Source of the DNA: Ptychomitrium polyphyllum
Lineage: Eukaryota
NCBI GenBank assembly: GCA_973851085.1
Contig: OZ316775.1
Location: 18,786,001-18,850,000, forward strand
DNA: 64,000 nt
Direction: 5' to 3'
The notes beneath the pieces are model-generated. The model did not search any database. It was not told the origin of the DNA and saw only the letters and a list, made by a program, of their open reading frames with translations. The stretch's first letter is position 1. Each line of letters starts with the position of its first letter. Below are positions 38,601 to 51,128 of the stretch, piece by piece. The position numbers were made by a program, and so were the translations under genes.

Positions 38601-41000
38601 AAATTAGAAATGTAGCATGGAATACATATTGATTTGATTACATGGTAAAAGAAATTTATTTACCAATTAATGATCTTTGTATCATATGCTAAAATCAATG
38701 CTCCATCAATGAAGATTTGTATGGGCAAATTTTTATTGAATATGTAAAACCGTATTATCATGGTTTTAAATGTGCTAAAAAGATGTAGAATCTAATTGTT
38801 ACTCTAAGACCATATAAATTTACAAGCATTACCAAGACAATTTAGATTCCTCTAATGATAACTAAAGAATGATATGGTTGATGGTTAAGAAAAGAAATCG
38901 TATTATTTTCATAGTGATAGGTTGGTAGAGTAGTCTCTTATGAAATAAATAAGCCGTAAATTCCTAAGTCCATTGTAGGGAAAAAACACCACGAGGGGAG
39001 AGGTACCTCAAGAGACCTCAAAAAAACAATGAGAAGCCATCAATTAAAAAACACCAAAAGGTCATGAGTAAAATGTCTCCTTGAAAATGGAGTCTCACCA
39101 TACCACTTGATGTCAATACTATTCCAGCTTTAGGTACCCTCAATTAATTACATGCTATGCTATCAGCATGTAGTACATGAGGAAAACATTGCGGTCTATG
39201 GTTGTGGCAACAATCTTCAAAGACCTCATCTTTCCTCTCTTTCAGAAGTCTTGCAGTACAATTGTACAAATTCCAGCTCTTCCTTCCAGTTTGATTGGTG
39301 CTATGTAAGAGCTATTCATCATACGCAGCAGCTGGTGCAGTTCATTGCTGTTCAATTGCATTGAATTTATACTACAAGTACTCACTTTGAGGCTTGCACA
39401 GTACACAAAGAAGCAGCGGCCAATCAGGCAATGCACGGGCAGAGAAAAAAAGGTTCATGGTCTTCGTCTTGTTTGTTTTTTTTGAGTGTTGTTTGTGATG
39501 ATTTGTAACAGCTAATAGTATGCTGAACATTCTGCTCAGTAACTGGGCCTAATTTTTCTCTCTCAGAAATTTTCAGATGCAAGTACTAAATCTTAAACTT
39601 GTAAGGAAAGTTTCATGTGCTGAATAGTACAGTACTGCATAAGACTTTCAAAACTTTGGCAAAGCTCGCCTAGTTTTTTCCAAACTGGGAAATGTAGTCC
39701 TGCATTGTCAACTTATGTCCTGCGGACATATTCACAGGATAAAAGCCAACCAGGCCCTTTGTTTGTGTAGGCTCCTTAAAAAAAGGATTAGAATTCATCT
39801 TCTTCTAGTTAAGTGTTGGAAGTGACTCATGCCTACACTATATAGGTTGTGATTTTGGTACTTCAGGAAGAAATCATAGAAAGGAAGAGATTGTATACAA
39901 AATCAAAAAGTTGGAATATTTGTGACTTCATTTAAATGTTTGTCAAACATTTGATGATGGTCATCTCCATAGACGGAAAAGGAACAGCAAACTGAAAGCC
40001 AAATCCTAAGGGAACAAAGCAACTAAGCAAATCTGAATCACCAAACTAAAATTCCATAATAGAGAACTTGCATCTAATGAACCAAACCTTAAGCTATAAT
40101 TGAAGGTGTTCAAATACATTCCTTTAAATAATAAAGGATCTTCCTAAGCAAGAAAGGATTTGCATTCACTATTAAAAGCTTCAAAAGGGATACTCATAAA
40201 AGACAAAATCATAAGGCTTATCAATGCCTTTTGCTAAATGTTTGTTGAGTGTTTTCAACATAGTATTGCAACATTTCAATTGTGTAGCTCAACAAACTAT
40301 GTAACTTTGTTGAAAGCTTTCATTTGCAATGGGTTGTTTGTATTAAAAGAACATAAAGTTATAATAGATGGTGTAAAATAAATATAAGTTGCAACCTTGA
40401 GCCGTTCTTTTTATTATATCAATGTGAATGTTTTGCCTACACTATTGAAGGTATTTAACTTTGGATAAGGTAAATACACAATATGGTGTATCATTTAGAT
40501 GCCAATCAAGACATCATTTGTAAGTTGTTATAATGATCATCAAAAAATTTAAATCCTTAATATATACAAATAGCATAAATTCCTAAAGGTCTAAATGAAG
40601 TTAAATTAAAAATATTTTAAATTTAAATGATTTTTAAAATTTCAAAATTATAGAGATAAATAAAATGTATTGACCTTTATGTACCTAACAAATTTGGAGT
40701 TCAAACTCAAAAAATAGTTTGCAATGATGATCTTCTTCAAAATGTAAAGCCAAAACTCCATTAACATGAAACATTCTTTTGTAAGTTTGTTTTGAAAAAT
40801 TCTTTAAAAAGTATGGGTTTACTAAACTTCCAATATTTTATCTTAAATGTCTATCAAGCCAACATACAAAAGCAAAAAGTTTTCAAACTTAAATAGGATT
40901 TGGGAATAGTTTTCCAAAATTCAACATCATACTTAAATTCCAAGATATTACTTATATTTTGTACTTTTGTAAGTTAATTTCTATTAAATCATCCTATGTT
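29700..41000. other. Gene-poor, mostly very AT-rich spacer with GC-richer islands (32.6-34.3, 37.0-37.8, 39.1-39.8 kb); probably decayed transposon sequence
   Basis: No intact ORF or spliced gene found; strong AT bias with broken coding-like remnants. No family could be assigned by eye. Confidence 0.4.
31020..31574 (-). mobile_element. Probable solo/truncated LTR remnant
   Basis: Minus strand begins TGTCACGGG at 31574, followed by a degenerate TTCTAGAA/GAACTTTC-rich repeated tract (31270-31545) and a TATA-like TATAAG near 31250, a U3-TATA-R-like layout. The far end and a target-site duplication could not be resolved. Confidence 0.45.
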
Positions 41001-41968
41001 AAGTTGAAGAAGTAAAAAATGGCCAAAAACAACAAATGTGACAGAAAAAATGGTACACTGCAGTGTGCAACCATCCAGCGACAAATGCGTGAAGATCAAA
41101 ACATGACAATATTGCAAACAGCGGACACCGAGCATTCTCACTACATTCAACTCCTTTTATTTTACATGATTTTTGGAAACTGTTGAAAGATTAAATTTTA
41201 TTGTAACCATTGAAGGTACTACTCTAAGCTCTAGCTTGATAAGTAACTTGCATGTCAAGACTCCGAAGACCAACTGGTGGTAGAATACTGGTGACATGTC
41301 CTCCCAAAGTCAACACAAAAACATTCCACCACAAGCAGTGTTATGTCTGGCTCACATGGTTCATGCCACTAAATATAGAGAGTACCTCTTTACTCCAGAG
41401 CTCAGGCTACGGTCCTCAATCTGCACTAAAAACTTTCTATCATTTGGCTTTAAAAAGCTAGAAAATAAAAGAGGAAATGAAGTGAAGCAAATAAGGAGAG
41501 TCCCTAAGGGGTGGCTCAGCGAACACATCAGCTCAGGTACAGGACAGTCACACACAGTACTGTAGTTGCACACGCTCTAGACAAGATTAAACCTTCCATA
41601 ATGACGCATTGCCAGCAAAACCCATCCGGGTCGCTCCAGGGCAAGTGCAGGATGCACATCATCTGGTCATCGTTAGCAATGGCAATGCCAACTCTCAATT
41701 GCAATGCACATCACCTACGAGTCAGTCTGCTGGATGGAGACATACGTCGGGCCTTTCAAGCTGTCGCTGGGCCAACTTCCATGATACGCACAATCTGGCG
41801 TCAGAAACTGTGCAGAAATGATCACATCAGAGAAATCTAGAATCTTTATCAGGTTTGCACGTTCAGAAACCAGGAGATTAGCTTAATCAACAACAGATTG
41901 TTATCGGTCGGGACAGATACGCGATAACCACGTCATCAGTTTCTTGGTGTGAATTATCGAGACTCTTT

Positions 41969-41985
41969 GAGAGAGAGAGAGAGAG
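41969..41985 (+). repeat. (GA)8 microsatellite
   Basis: GAGAGAGAGAGAGAGAG read directly. Confidence 0.9.
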
Positions 41986-42841
41986 CAGGAATTCGTGTTT
42001 CGAGACAAGGAGAGGTCCTTGCATGGCTGCCAGGCTTTGCAGATCAGGAGTACTGGTTGCTTCTTGTGTCCTTTGTCTTGTTGTTGGAGAGTGACACTCA
42101 CCTTATGTCTTGCTGTTTGTCCGTTGCTTTCACTTTAGGAGAAGGGGCAGCAAAATAATTCATGGATGGCAACTGCATTTCAGAAGGCTGCTACATGCGC
42201 ACGGTAAAGTGCGTCCAAGGCTGGTGGAGGAAGTGATGAGTGGAAACCGCTCCTTTTTTGTATATATGTTCACTTATGCACAACCGTGCCCTTCTTTCTC
42301 CCGGAGCCATATGCTGGCGGTTTGCTATTACCCACGAGCTTGCAATGTCAAGGTCACGAGTGCGTATGATGATTTGCATCCTTCCGTGGAGATAATACGC
42401 TTTTAACCTGGTTAAAGCGTGCAGGGTGCAGTTGGATTCTTGGATCCTCATTCACACTGTGTGCACACTAGGGCGCACAGAGTAATGTTACTGAAGATGA
42501 TGCTTCCCCTAACCAAGCCACCCACTATTTACCATAATAAGCCAGGTGTTACGTCAACCTTGGCTACTGTGCAGCGGTTTTTACATATGTAGACGTCATT
42601 TGAGTCGCTGTAGGGACCAGCCACTGCATATTCAACGAATCAACAGTGTCGCAATCTCACATCACCTCATAGAGTTTTGTCTTCATCTCTTTCTTTTATC
42701 CTAAGTCACTAATTTAAATAATCTCGTCGACGAGGGTCACCGTGCCGATACTTACACTGCGGGTAAGTGAAAGGTAATGTATATTGTTGTGCCTAAAAAT
42801 GGGAAGCTCTGATTAGTTCGTATTGCCCAATATCAGTAGAG

Positions 42842-42974
42842 TTAGGATAATTGGTTTAGGATAATTAGTTTAGGATAATTGGTTTAGGATAATTAGTTTA
42901 GGACAATTAGTTTAGGATAATTAGTTTAGGATAATTAGTTTAGGATAATTAGTTTAGGATAACTGGTTTAAGAT
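42842..42974 (+). repeat. 14-bp tandem minisatellite TTTAGGATAATT(A/G)G, ~9.5 copies
   Basis: Units counted directly, e.g. 42855-42868, 42869-42882 ... 42953-42966. Confidence 0.95.
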
Positions 42975-44650
42975 TTTGACAGAAACAAATTCATTACTAA
43001 TATCCAGAATGACCAATTTGATTAGTGATCAAGAACATGTTAAGAGCACTCAATCTGCGAAGTACGGTATCATCAGCGCATCACGACATCGTACCTGTAC
43101 ACGTTTGCATGCAGCCAGTCCCATAGAATTTAGGTTACTGTCAGACTCCGGGTTAACAAGTAACCATTTTCATCGATCTGACAAATACTGCAATTTCAAT
43201 CGTGCAAGCATAGAAATAAGCAGGACCTAGTATCATAGGTAAGATATCCTAAACCTTCCATACGACCACTAAAACCATGTGACCGAAAGTGTGAAGTGAC
43301 CAGGTTTTATACACAAACAGTGGTACCTCCGTTTGTTGCCGCCATGGTAGATTCACCACTGCTACTGAAGGGAAAGTAACCTTCTTCCGATTTTACTCAA
43401 CGTTCCACCTTACTCCTAAATAAGGCCTAATTGTGTTTAATTATTTGGTCGAGAATTCTGATCAAGTTCCAGGAGATTGAGCAATACATGAATTGCAATT
43501 AGTAAATAGAAATTACATTTTGTAGCTGTCACAGAGGGCAAGTTCAGCGTGAACAGCTCTGCCCCTAAGAATGCTCAGTGAAGGACCTTCCAAGTAGGGA
43601 GAGATCACCAAAACTGACAGGTTTGACTCTCCTCAAGAATTTCTTCTGTTCCTGGAGGGTTGACGAAGTTGACCCACAAGTCACTAAGTGCTGCGTTGGC
43701 AGATACACGTATTTCTAATCATTATACAGGTTGATATTTTCAATATACGTCTTTCTATGTATACTTATAGTTCTCGCTCAATCCTACGAAGGCGGAAACA
43801 AACAGGTACTAACTGTATAAAGTTGACTTAGGGGGACAACTATTTGGTCATGCAAATTCATGCAAATTATAAGTTAAAACACGTATCTCAATGCAAATAG
43901 GTGTACTCAGTGTAGAGTAACTCAGTCTGTGGAGATGATTAAAGAGATGCAATTGAGGGAAGTGTAATAGTGACGGAACAAACCAGTGTATGTTGATTTG
44001 GACATAGAAAACCAGGGCAGGTTGGGCAGGCTGGGCAGTGGGGATAGCAGCAAAGTCACAGACTAGGAATGCGTGCAAGGGACGACCGGGTAAGCGCCCG
44101 ACTGTCATGCACTACAGTAGCCTCCGGGTGAGATATGTCGCGTATCTTGTCTGATCTATCAGCTGCTGGCCTAATTTTGTCATAGAAGGTACCCTTGCAC
44201 CGCTGGACGAAGCAGACCTGCGGGGCCCATGTCGGCGAAGCTGGAACTTGGACGACTAACCAACCCCCTGAGGTGAAAAAGGTCAAAAGCAGGGAAAAGA
44301 TACGATGCTGTTAAAATAAAAAAGCTTCCGACTCCCAAAGTTATATCCTGTTCTCGGTGAAGAAGAACCAGTTGGACCTACCACAGTTGCACTGTTTCTC
44401 CGGGTGCCCGTGGCAGGGTGCAGACTGGGTGGACTGGCCTTTTCTCATGGAACTTCCAACCGACGCCCTCCGTGGAACCGCTATCAACATCCTTTTAATC
44501 CTAACACGTTTACCCCGAGTGAAATAATTGCCCTATGTTCACTGCAATGTCAGCTTTTGCATTCCTTTCAATTGATTCGGGGTAGCTTAGCAGACTCCAA
44601 GGCGACGGTGGAACACTGGGATCCAGCTTGGCCTTGAAGAAAGGCACCAT

Positions 44651-44948
44651 TATAAATCTTCATCACGTCCGCCCTCTCCACTTTGTTGGTGCCTCAGAGT
44701 TCAGTGGCTTCTGAGTCCTTGCTGGGGTAGGAGCAGGTTCAGACCCTAGACATGCAAGGAAACCATATACAGAGGACTCAGGACATGTAACGGGCTCCAG
44801 ATTCAATCAGCACATGGCGATTGGTCTTCAAAGGCTGGCTATGGGTTCGACTTTGAAGCTTTGAGTACCAAGCATGGCCCCTTAAGAATTGGAGTTGTAC
44901 TAATGTTCTAGAATTGGCAGCTAAGTTGCGATCGATTGCTGATTCATC
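44651..44948 (+). promoter_or_regulatory. TATA box and uORF-containing leader of the HD-Zip gene
   Basis: TATAAA at 44651; uORFs at 44752-44790 (12 aa), 44814-44864 (16 aa), 44874-44885 and 44903-44911. Confidence 0.55.
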
Positions 44949-46149
44949 ATGGCGATGGCGGTTTCTAGCTTGAGCAGCTATGGAGGACAGAATATGATGA
45001 TGATGCGAAACGATATCGGAAGCTCAAATTCGCTGACCGTTGCGTTGCTGTCCTCGTGCAATCCTCACGTTGGCTTCCAAGGTGGGTAACAATTGATCGA
45101 GTGGTTTGTTCAGCTTGGGAATTGGTTCTGGAACTTTCGAGAAGGACTCTGGTTTCGGTATTGTTGTGATTGTCGGTGTCTGATTGCGTGGGTTTTGGTT
45201 TTGTTGCTGGTTTTGCAGTTCCAAAGTTAAGTGGGGGTCTAGAAGACGCGATTGCTGGGTGCGGACAGAAACGCCCCTACTACCCTACATTTGAAGCTGG
45301 CGCCCTGGAGGAGCCGGACGAAGATGTGGACGAGGACATGGGACTCTCTCACCCGGTGGAGAAGAAGCGCCGCCTGTCGTTCGATCAGGTGCGCTCGCTG
45401 GAGCGCAGCTTCGAGATAGAGAACAAGCTGGAGCCAGAGCGCAAAATGCAGCTGGCCAAGGATCTAGGCCTCCAACCGCGTCAAGTCGCGGTCTGGTTCC
45501 AGAACCGACGTGCCCGGTGGAAAACCAAACAACTAGAGCGCGACTACGAAATGCTGAACTCTGGCTTCCTCAAACTCAAAGCAGAGTTCGAAGCTGCACT
45601 CCTAGAGAAAGACGCTCTCAAAGCCGAGGTAACTACCCTTTCCCGCAAACTCATCTCCACCATCAGGCTATCTCCTAGATATTAGTAGAGTCCTAACTTC
45701 TGAAATAGCAATCCTCACCTATATCTTGTGTTTGATCTCAGGTTGAACGCCTTTCAGGCAAGCCAAGCTCTAACCAGGACTCGCAATCCGTGGACTCTTC
45801 CCAATGTAAATCCGAGCCAGCACATTGCAGTCCACCAACTGAACCTTCCAAGGCTCACCCCAAGTGTGCACCGACCATTGAAGTTTGCAAGGAGAAAGGG
45901 GACTCAACGGTCGATTCCAGTTCCGAGCTTCTAGACCCCGACAGTCCACACACTACAGCCAGCAACCACTTGTCAGGTCTGCAGGAAGATCTCGCCTGCG
46001 ACTTCCCTCCGGAGAGTTTTGTGGGGCCAGGGGAAGTGTTTTCTGTGAAGCCCGAGGATGGGTGTGGATTCCAAGTTGATCCTAATTGCAACTACTTTTT
46101 GCCTCCCATGATGGAGCGCGGGGTGTTACCCTGGTGGGATTGGGCTTGA
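44949..46149 (+). CDS. Homeodomain-leucine zipper class I transcription factor, 3 exons, 316 aa
   Basis: EKKRRLSFDQVRSLERSFEIENKLEPERKMQLAKDLGLQPRQVAVWFQNRRARWKTKQLERDY, then a leucine zipper and a C-terminal aromatic WWDWA (AHA-like) motif. Exons 44949-45081, 45219-45628, 45742-46149 join in frame across GT-AG introns. Confidence 0.96.
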
Positions 46150-47085
46150 ATGATGTGTGTGCGCGTGCGTGCTTGTGTGAGCATGTGTTTTTGAAGAGCA
46201 GGTTTGTGAATCTCTCCGACATTGTACAGCTTTGATAAGAGGCCGTCTCTCCGGCTCCGTCATGGTGCAATCAGATTGAATTGTGTACGTATGTAATTTA
46301 GTTTGAAAATTTTTCTGGCTCGTCTGAGAAGGAGGCAGCTGGTTGTATTTATGATTCGAAGTTAGTGTAGTGACTTTGGGACCAAGTATCTTCGCTGCAG
46401 CTTAGCTCATGTAGACTCGATTGTGTGATAGCTGGCTCTTTAATAAGCTGGGTTAGCAGATGAGAAGTAATGTTGTGCATTTATAGAACAGAGAGATGTA
46501 TACTAGGAGGAATAATGTGAGAAATGATCTGTAGACTTCCTGATGCACCTCATTTTGTCAAATTTCCGAAAGAGGGCAAAATGACTTCAGCATCAGCGCC
46601 GATTTAGAGACCTTCAAGAAGAAGGTACAAGAGAAGGATTTGGGTCCTTTGAGATCACGGAATAAGCAAACGCATGTACCTTACACTAAATAAACAACCA
46701 ATTCTGGATTTGGTGGGTAAATTGCCACTCTAACAAACATTGTCTTCAAATGTGATGTGAATGACACTGATGTATGATTACGGATTTGCATCTGCCAAGG
46801 ATATATCCTTCCATGCAGTTCAGCGCTTGCGCACAGGATTTCCACATCCAGTCACTCACCATATACAGTAATGACCCTACGAAGTCAACGGATTATAACA
46901 AGAGAAGTTCTTCTTGGACCTTTGTCAAAAAAGTATAATATTTACTGCGGCAACCACTTGTCTATTGGCACTTTGTTTCACCTACACTCGTCACCTGCAT
47001 TCCAAGCCTGCAGTCACTACTACATTTCTTGTACTAGCTACGGGCCGAACACGATTTAAAGCACGTCGGCAAGTCAATCGTCTTC

Positions 47086-48665
47086 CTAACCTCTATATGC
47101 GACCCTCCTGACGAGAAGCTCTCCAACTTGGTGCTGTTCCCCACCTTCAAATGAAACTGGCAACTGCATAAGACGCTGCGAGTTATCCATTAACCTCAGT
47201 GCCGTAAAACCCGCTGCCACCAGCTGCTTCAGCGACTCCGTTCTGATTTCCAGCCACGTTCTTCTTAGGAAACACATCATTCTCAGCTGCACAGATCAAC
47301 ATGGCAATGAGCAAGATACTAGCGTTTGTCTCAAAAACTGACTATAGTAGCCACTCTTTGCAAGAAAGGCACGCTGGAGATCATCGGGACATTAAACTCC
47401 ATCATTACAATGTATTCAGCAAACGCCAATACAACAGCTAGAACAGGAACAGCTCAGAAAATCAGCTTCACATCGCCAATAGTACCCATTCAAATACATG
47501 ACAAACATCTCTATATAAATCGGCACACTGGGTTACTAGAAACATCAAATAGACCTTGCCGATGTCCATAAGTATGAAGGATATCAATATCCACTCTCTG
47601 CATTCGCATGAACAAATTGCGCCTTATGACAGAACATGAATATGCAGGGAATGAATCCACAGAACGAAATGATGTACAAATTGCTTCTGCAGATAGGCAT
47701 CGAAGCTCCACGAAATGGCATTCTACGGAGACGTTATCTATAACCCTGGTTTGTACAAACCGACTAGCATCCTCGGGTTTATGGTACATTCATAACATCA
47801 GAACGTTAGCCACGGCCAGTTCATAAGCTATTTCAAGCACGGGTATATAAATCTCGATAGATTGTCTAAAGGGTGAAATTTGAAAGCCCACTCACTCATA
47901 GATTCGCACTTACACTGAAAGAAATAGTAAAACAGAATGCCAGATACAGCTGTAAGCTCATTCTCTGTATGAAATAATTTCAGGAAATAAAAGCAGATCG
48001 TATTTCGTTGCAAGGAAAAACAAAGTCGGATTCTCCAGAAACAGCGCCGGCGCCCTCCACAGCATTTTCCACCTTAAACATCACCACTACCAAGCATTGA
48101 AATACACTATATCAGTCGCAAACTGCCCAGATCACAAACACACGACAATCACACCATGTACCAAACCCGCTTTTTAATCGACTACCTCAACAGCCCAAGC
48201 TGCAGGACATTACAATTCTTTCTCTCCCTTGAAAGCTCTGCCTCGCACACTGACTCAGATCACAGCATGACGAAGAACCTTAACATTCCACACCACGCTT
48301 ACGAAAGATTTTTACTACAACCTAAACCCTAACCACGATTCATTGGTTCCGCAAAGCTCATTTCTTTCAAGAATCTTCTCGTCTCTATCGACATCTTTCT
48401 CAATTACTCTCATACATGCAACAAGCCAAAAATAACGAAAACATAAGCGTACCTCCTATGCAAACAAATACGGAACTAAAAATGCCAACACAACCCCGAC
48501 CCAAAACTTACCAAAGCTCCGAAATTCGAACTTCGCACACTTCCGAGCGCAATGCTGGCTGGCATCCTCGACAACTCTAGCTCCGGTGCTCCTTAACGGC
48601 AGACACGTGAGAGCTCTATCCGGACGGAGATTGAGCATTAAAGCGCCACGAAAAGCGAACAACAA
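47086..48665 (-). other. Candidate small spliced gene of unknown function
   Basis: Donors GTAAGT (~48511) and GTACGC (~48452), a T/G-rich intron with telo-box (48319-48334), and an acceptor GTGCAG at 47287. The downstream exon has an ATG ORF 47280-47086 (64 aa) and an alternative open frame ENDVFPKKNVAGNQNGVAEAAGGSGFYGTEVNG*. No homology recognised. Confidence 0.3.
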
Positions 48666-48957
48666 CGTGGTGACTTATGCCGGCATTGCCAAGTTGTGGA
48701 ACACGTTCAGGTAGCAACACTTCTACAGTTTTTCTCACATCCGGCAATGTGAAACTTCTAGATCTCAAACGCCACACAGCTGCTCTGCTCCCTGCAGTCC
48801 GCCATCTCTTGTGAATAAAAACCAAAAGTGGATCGACCGAACGCTAAAGCACCCGCTATCTGTAGCTTACACAGAGCCCAGCACTGTACTCACCTCTCAG
48901 TGGAACCTGGGTGTTCCCCATCCTCCTCACTGAACAAGATTTGGAGCCTCCAGAACT
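48529..48957 (+). repeat. Copy A of a dispersed gene-like fragment
   Basis: Closely matches 62602-63080 by direct comparison; contains a GT-AG intron-like segment 48711-48797 joining two stop-free frames. Confidence 0.9.
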
Positions 48958-51128
48958 TGTAGCTGTTTGTGGTGCACATCTGAGGAATGCGTGCTGCATA
49001 TGTGGAAACATGTATAAATGCTGTAGTGTAGCGGTTCCTAGAAAAGTTTGGAGAACACCCTCAAAGTTTACACATGTGAGTTCATGTGAGTCATGCCATC
49101 CTCCACACTGAAGATGTGAATTGTTGAAAGCTTTTTATGGTGTATACAGTAAACAAGATCAGTAGTGGTTGTATGCAATTTATCAAAGTCTAGTAGCTGC
49201 TTGCAGTGCATATTTAGATGAATCCATGCTAGCTTCAAATGTGGAAACATCAGCAGTGACGATCTTACTTCTTAGTTGTAATGTGCTCTTGAGTTTGAGG
49301 AGTTTTCTCGTTCCTAGAACCATTGCTTTGTTTCAAAATTTCTGGCTTCTTTTTTTCTGTTCTTTGCTTCCTCTTTTTGTTAGTAGAATGCAGCTGCAGA
49401 CTGGACAGAGGTAAAACATACACAGAAGCCAGAGCAACAACTCCAAGTCAACTTACCAAACAAGTGAATTCTTCCGATGACACTCAGGGATTAAAAACCT
49501 TTGAAGTCATCAATCCTGACCTTTGAATAATGAATATCTACTAATTCACTAGCTGCATGCAGCTCCAAGTCCTGATTTCTGAGTCTAGTATTTCAATGAG
49601 GCCCTGCCTGCAAATCTGAATATGCATAACAGGTTGCATGTTAGGAAAGCCAGAAAAGCAGAGGGCACCATGCACATGAGCAAGAGTCAAAGAAATACAA
49701 TGCCAGGGTGGACTGTGCACCACCTAATCCAATTGTGTAAACAAGACCCAAAGGATACACAGTGAAGCTCTTTTAAGGGCTGTCTTACATCTTCTTCTGT
49801 TGTCCACAAGAGAAGAGTTTTATTTTGGTTATAGAGAATTTTAGTAATCAAATTGATCAAGAAAATGTAAAACTTTACACTTTGTCTTGTCACCCATAAG
49901 AAAAGTAATTTGGAGGTGAATGAGAAAATGATTTGGCCGCCTACATGGCATCAATTATTGCAGAAAAGTCCTCTCTCTTGTTGATTGATTTTTAAAGTGC
50001 TCTTGGAATAGCGACCCAAGAGCTGATCCGTGGGTGAAGACTTCTTCCATCTTAATTGTTTTGATGCCTTGTCATCTTTTTTAATGGATTGTCTTTTGCT
50101 TAAAACACCCACACCTTGGGCTAAATCCTTTGCTTCTCTTGCAGAAAGTGTAAGGCGGCCCTCAGGAGCTGCTTCATCATGTGGAGAGTCATAATCTCCT
50201 GACGTTAGTTGCATAATATGGTGCCGTGAGGTTATGCCTGGAAATTTTGGTCATATCTGGTTGTGGTTCTATTTTATAGAGTGCTGTTGGCTGAACTTGG
50301 GAACATAACAACTAGCAATGGACTCAGCATCTCTAACTTAGCTGTCTGCAAATTTTTTTTTTTTTTGGTGAACTGCTGCAACTTGTTAAATATACCTGAC
50401 TTGAGACTGCAGATTGGCACAGTATTGAGGTGGATACAAAATCAGTTGCACCTCTGTGCAACTATCATATTTTATAGATTTATATCATATCATATAAAAT
50501 TGGTGCTACTGACCTATATTTCAATAGAATTATAGAGGCTAAGTGACTCTAACTATGGTACAAACTGGCCCCAATCTAATGTTTCTCCACTTTGATGACA
50601 TATTGGAGCTCCATTGGAAAGTTTCTGATTGCAAATATTAGTTACTAATTGAATATTGGAAGAATGCCGGTGCTTTGATCAGACTCTCAAAGAGGGGTAT
50701 GGAGCACCTATGTATGAGAATGAAATGGTGCAATTGGCTCCAGATGTCCAACATGTAGATTCAAATTAAGTTACTGTATGGGCATGTTTCCTCTGGCCAA
50801 CAGGTACACTGTATGTATGTCTTGTCACTTGTACAAAGTGTGCATTTACTACATGTTCTATCACATGATGACTGAGAAGGATGGCCACAATGATCTCTTT
50901 GCAATATATGTTGACCAGTTGGTAATTCTGCCGGTGACCCAAAGATATATCAGTATGCAAGCCAGATTTGAATGTGACAGGTGCATGTATATGTGAATAC
51001 AGATGAATTAGAGGTGCATGACATGCTCCAGAATGTTCATAAAAGTTACTATCATCTAGGTGCATAGTGTTGAATCCTAATTGCTTGAATCCAACGCTAC
51101 ACTCTCCAATGGTACCATGACATGTTGC

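Noticed and set aside
38300..38900. hAT transposase-like traces (WNTY-like text)
   Set aside because: Too degenerate to support a family assignment without a profile search.
41900..42150. miRNA precursor near the GA repeat
   Set aside because: No match to conserved plant miRNAs I can recall and no long fold-back seen.
42190..42500. RTGATGA motifs suggesting box C/D snoRNAs
   Set aside because: No convincing D box with terminal stem or rRNA-complementary guide could be identified.
47575..47600. Minus-strand ATATCCTTC resembling a U12 (AT-AC) donor
   Set aside because: No TCCTTAAC-like branch point with an AC acceptor found downstream.
48300..48345. CCTAAACCCTAACC as a telomerase RNA template
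   Set aside because: No USE/TATA Pol III-type promoter or other conserved TR elements visible; better explained as a telo-box in an intron.
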